In this document: in pieces, positions 62,378-64,000 of the stretch
How positions within the stretch are numbered: position 1 is the first letter of the stretch
Layout: every line of letters begins with the position of its first letter
Assembly: GCF_006345805.1 (NCBI RefSeq)
Contig: NC_043022.1
Coordinates: forward strand, 4,712,001-4,776,000
Reading direction: 5' to 3'
Origin: Octopus sinensis
Taxonomy: Eukaryota
Length of the DNA stretch: 64,000 bases
Program-made: the position numbers and the translations under genes
Notes under the pieces: model-generated
Databases searched by the model: none
Told to the model about the DNA's origin: nothing
The model's input: the letters and a program-made list of their open reading frames with translations, nothing else

Positions 62378-62923
62378 CATGAAAATTCTTCAGGATTTGA
62401 AGCAAGAAAATACACAAGATCATTTTTAACCTCTTCATAATTAATAAACTATTTTCCCCTCAAAACAAGGCTGTAATAATCTGAAAAGATGATGGCCAGA
62501 CGAAGCAAGGTCAGGAGATTAATGAGATTAAGATTAAGCAAAACTGCCATATTTTGTGCCAGAATCTTTTCCTGATCTGAGCTGTGTGTGGTCCTGAATT
62601 TTCCTCTAAGAGCAGTATCTCTTTATGATTGACCAGTGACGGATGCTTTATCAGTGAGTTTTTGTATAATGCTTCCACTTCTCTTTCTCCTTTTCTTTTT
62701 TACTTGTTTCAGTCATTTGACTGCGGCCATGCTGGAGCACGCTATAGTCGAGCAAATCGACCCTGGGACTTATTCTTTGTAAGCCCAGTACTTATTCTAT
62801 CGTCTCTTTTGCCGAACCGCTAAGTGACGGGGACGTAAACACACCAGCATCAAGTTGTCAATCAATGCTAGGGGAACAAACACAGGCACACAAACATATA
62901 CACACACATATGTATATATATAT

Positions 62924-62965
<42 letters not shown>

Positions 62966-63529
62966 TACGACAGGCTTCTTTCAGTTTCCGTCTACCAAAT
63001 CCACTCACAAGGCATGGGTCGGCCCGGGGCTATAGTAGAAGACACTTGCCCAAGATGCCACGCAGTGGGACTGAACCCGGAACCATGTGGTTGGTTAGCA
63101 AGCTACTTACCGCACAGCCACTCCTGCGCCACTTGACAACTTCTCCACATTAACCGTTTCATTTTGGTTTAACGCTTCATGATAAATGACACCCTTGTCT
63201 CACCAAACACAGAGCCTAACTTTTTTGCAGGTCTAGTCCTGCTTTGGAAATGGATTTTCCTCATTCTTTGGGTGTTGACCATTTGTCTTTTACATTGGAT
63301 CTGATTTACAGGGAACCCACTTTTCATCCCTTGTGATGTTTCTATCATAGAAAGATTCAGCAGCAAGTTCATTCTTCAATTACAAACAGGAGACAGCTCT
63401 TTGCTTAAACGGAGGAACAATCAAATACGAGAGACCCATGGACCAAAACTAGGCACTTTTCCTATGTCCTGAAAGTATTTCATGATCAAAGTGCAACTTG
63501 TGTTGAACTGTTCTCCTAATTCTCAAGGA
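62378..63529 (-). mobile_element. Highly decayed mariner, split by a SINE A (62698-63129)
   Basis: Frameshifted pieces ELGEQFNTS..IGKVPSFGPWV, GDEKWV, KKVRLCVW*DKGVIYHE, HPSLVNHKEILLLEENSGPHTAQ, EEVKNDLVYFLASNPEEF. Confidence 0.75.
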
Positions 63530-63950
63530 CAGAGGTGTAGCTAAGACGGGAACAAGGAGAGCACTTTCCTCACCGACCTCCAAAAACATATTTCAAAATT
63601 GGTGCCTTTTTAACATTTTTAAAACTCTTTACTTACCTGTATCAGTATTCTTTTATTCATTTCAGTAATTTGGCAGTGGCCCTGCTGGAGCACCACCTTG
63701 TAGAAGTTTCATTCATTCTTTTATTCCTTTACTGGTTTCAGCCAGATGCTGGTGCCATGCTGGAGCACAATAACATTGTTACTGAAATATGAAATTAATG
63801 AATGTAGAATACAATTGCATATATTATAATTAACAAAATATTTTGTGTAATATAAAAGAAATGGATTAAAAATTGTTTGGTATGTGTCACAGCACCTTTC
63901 TCTTTTATGTGCCCACCCCCACCTAACTTCAGAACCTGGCTACACCTCTG
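63530..63950. mobile_element. Putative hAT-like MITE containing SINE fragments
   Basis: Inverted ends cagaggtgtagct / ggctacacctctg; no TSD seen. Confidence 0.45.
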
Positions 63951-64000
63951 CTTATGCTGTTTGCTTTGGATGTACCTTGACTGCAATTTTTAGAAAGTCA

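Overview
AT-rich, repeat-saturated animal genomic DNA. The SINE families are those typical of Octopus (cephalopod), and there is one 100-N assembly gap at 54024-54123. I found no host protein-coding exon I can recognise; nearly all long ORFs in the track are microsatellite or SINE read-through. Dispersed repeats: dozens of tRNA-headed SINE copies from at least three families, a (GAT)n-tailed retroposon carrying a 62-bp internal array, three decayed mariner copies plus a further fragment, a maT-like Tc1/mariner copy, a Penelope-like element (RT + GIY-YIG), RTE and CR1-type LINE ends, Helentron-type non-autonomous elements and several MITEs. Highlights: (1) an apparently intact type I hammerhead ribozyme at 47410-47469, a near-intact one with a ~95-nt branched stem II at 6895-7022, and several decayed relatives; (2) a 5-kb, 148-bp-monomer satellite born from a SINE (57376-62313); (3) a (TTAGGG)n tract inserted into a transposase gene; (4) two twin-priming-type inverted RTE insertions in microsatellites; (5) a 7-fold reiterated CR1 3' end; (6) a composite templated duplication. 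Family names come from motif recognition only; no database search was run.
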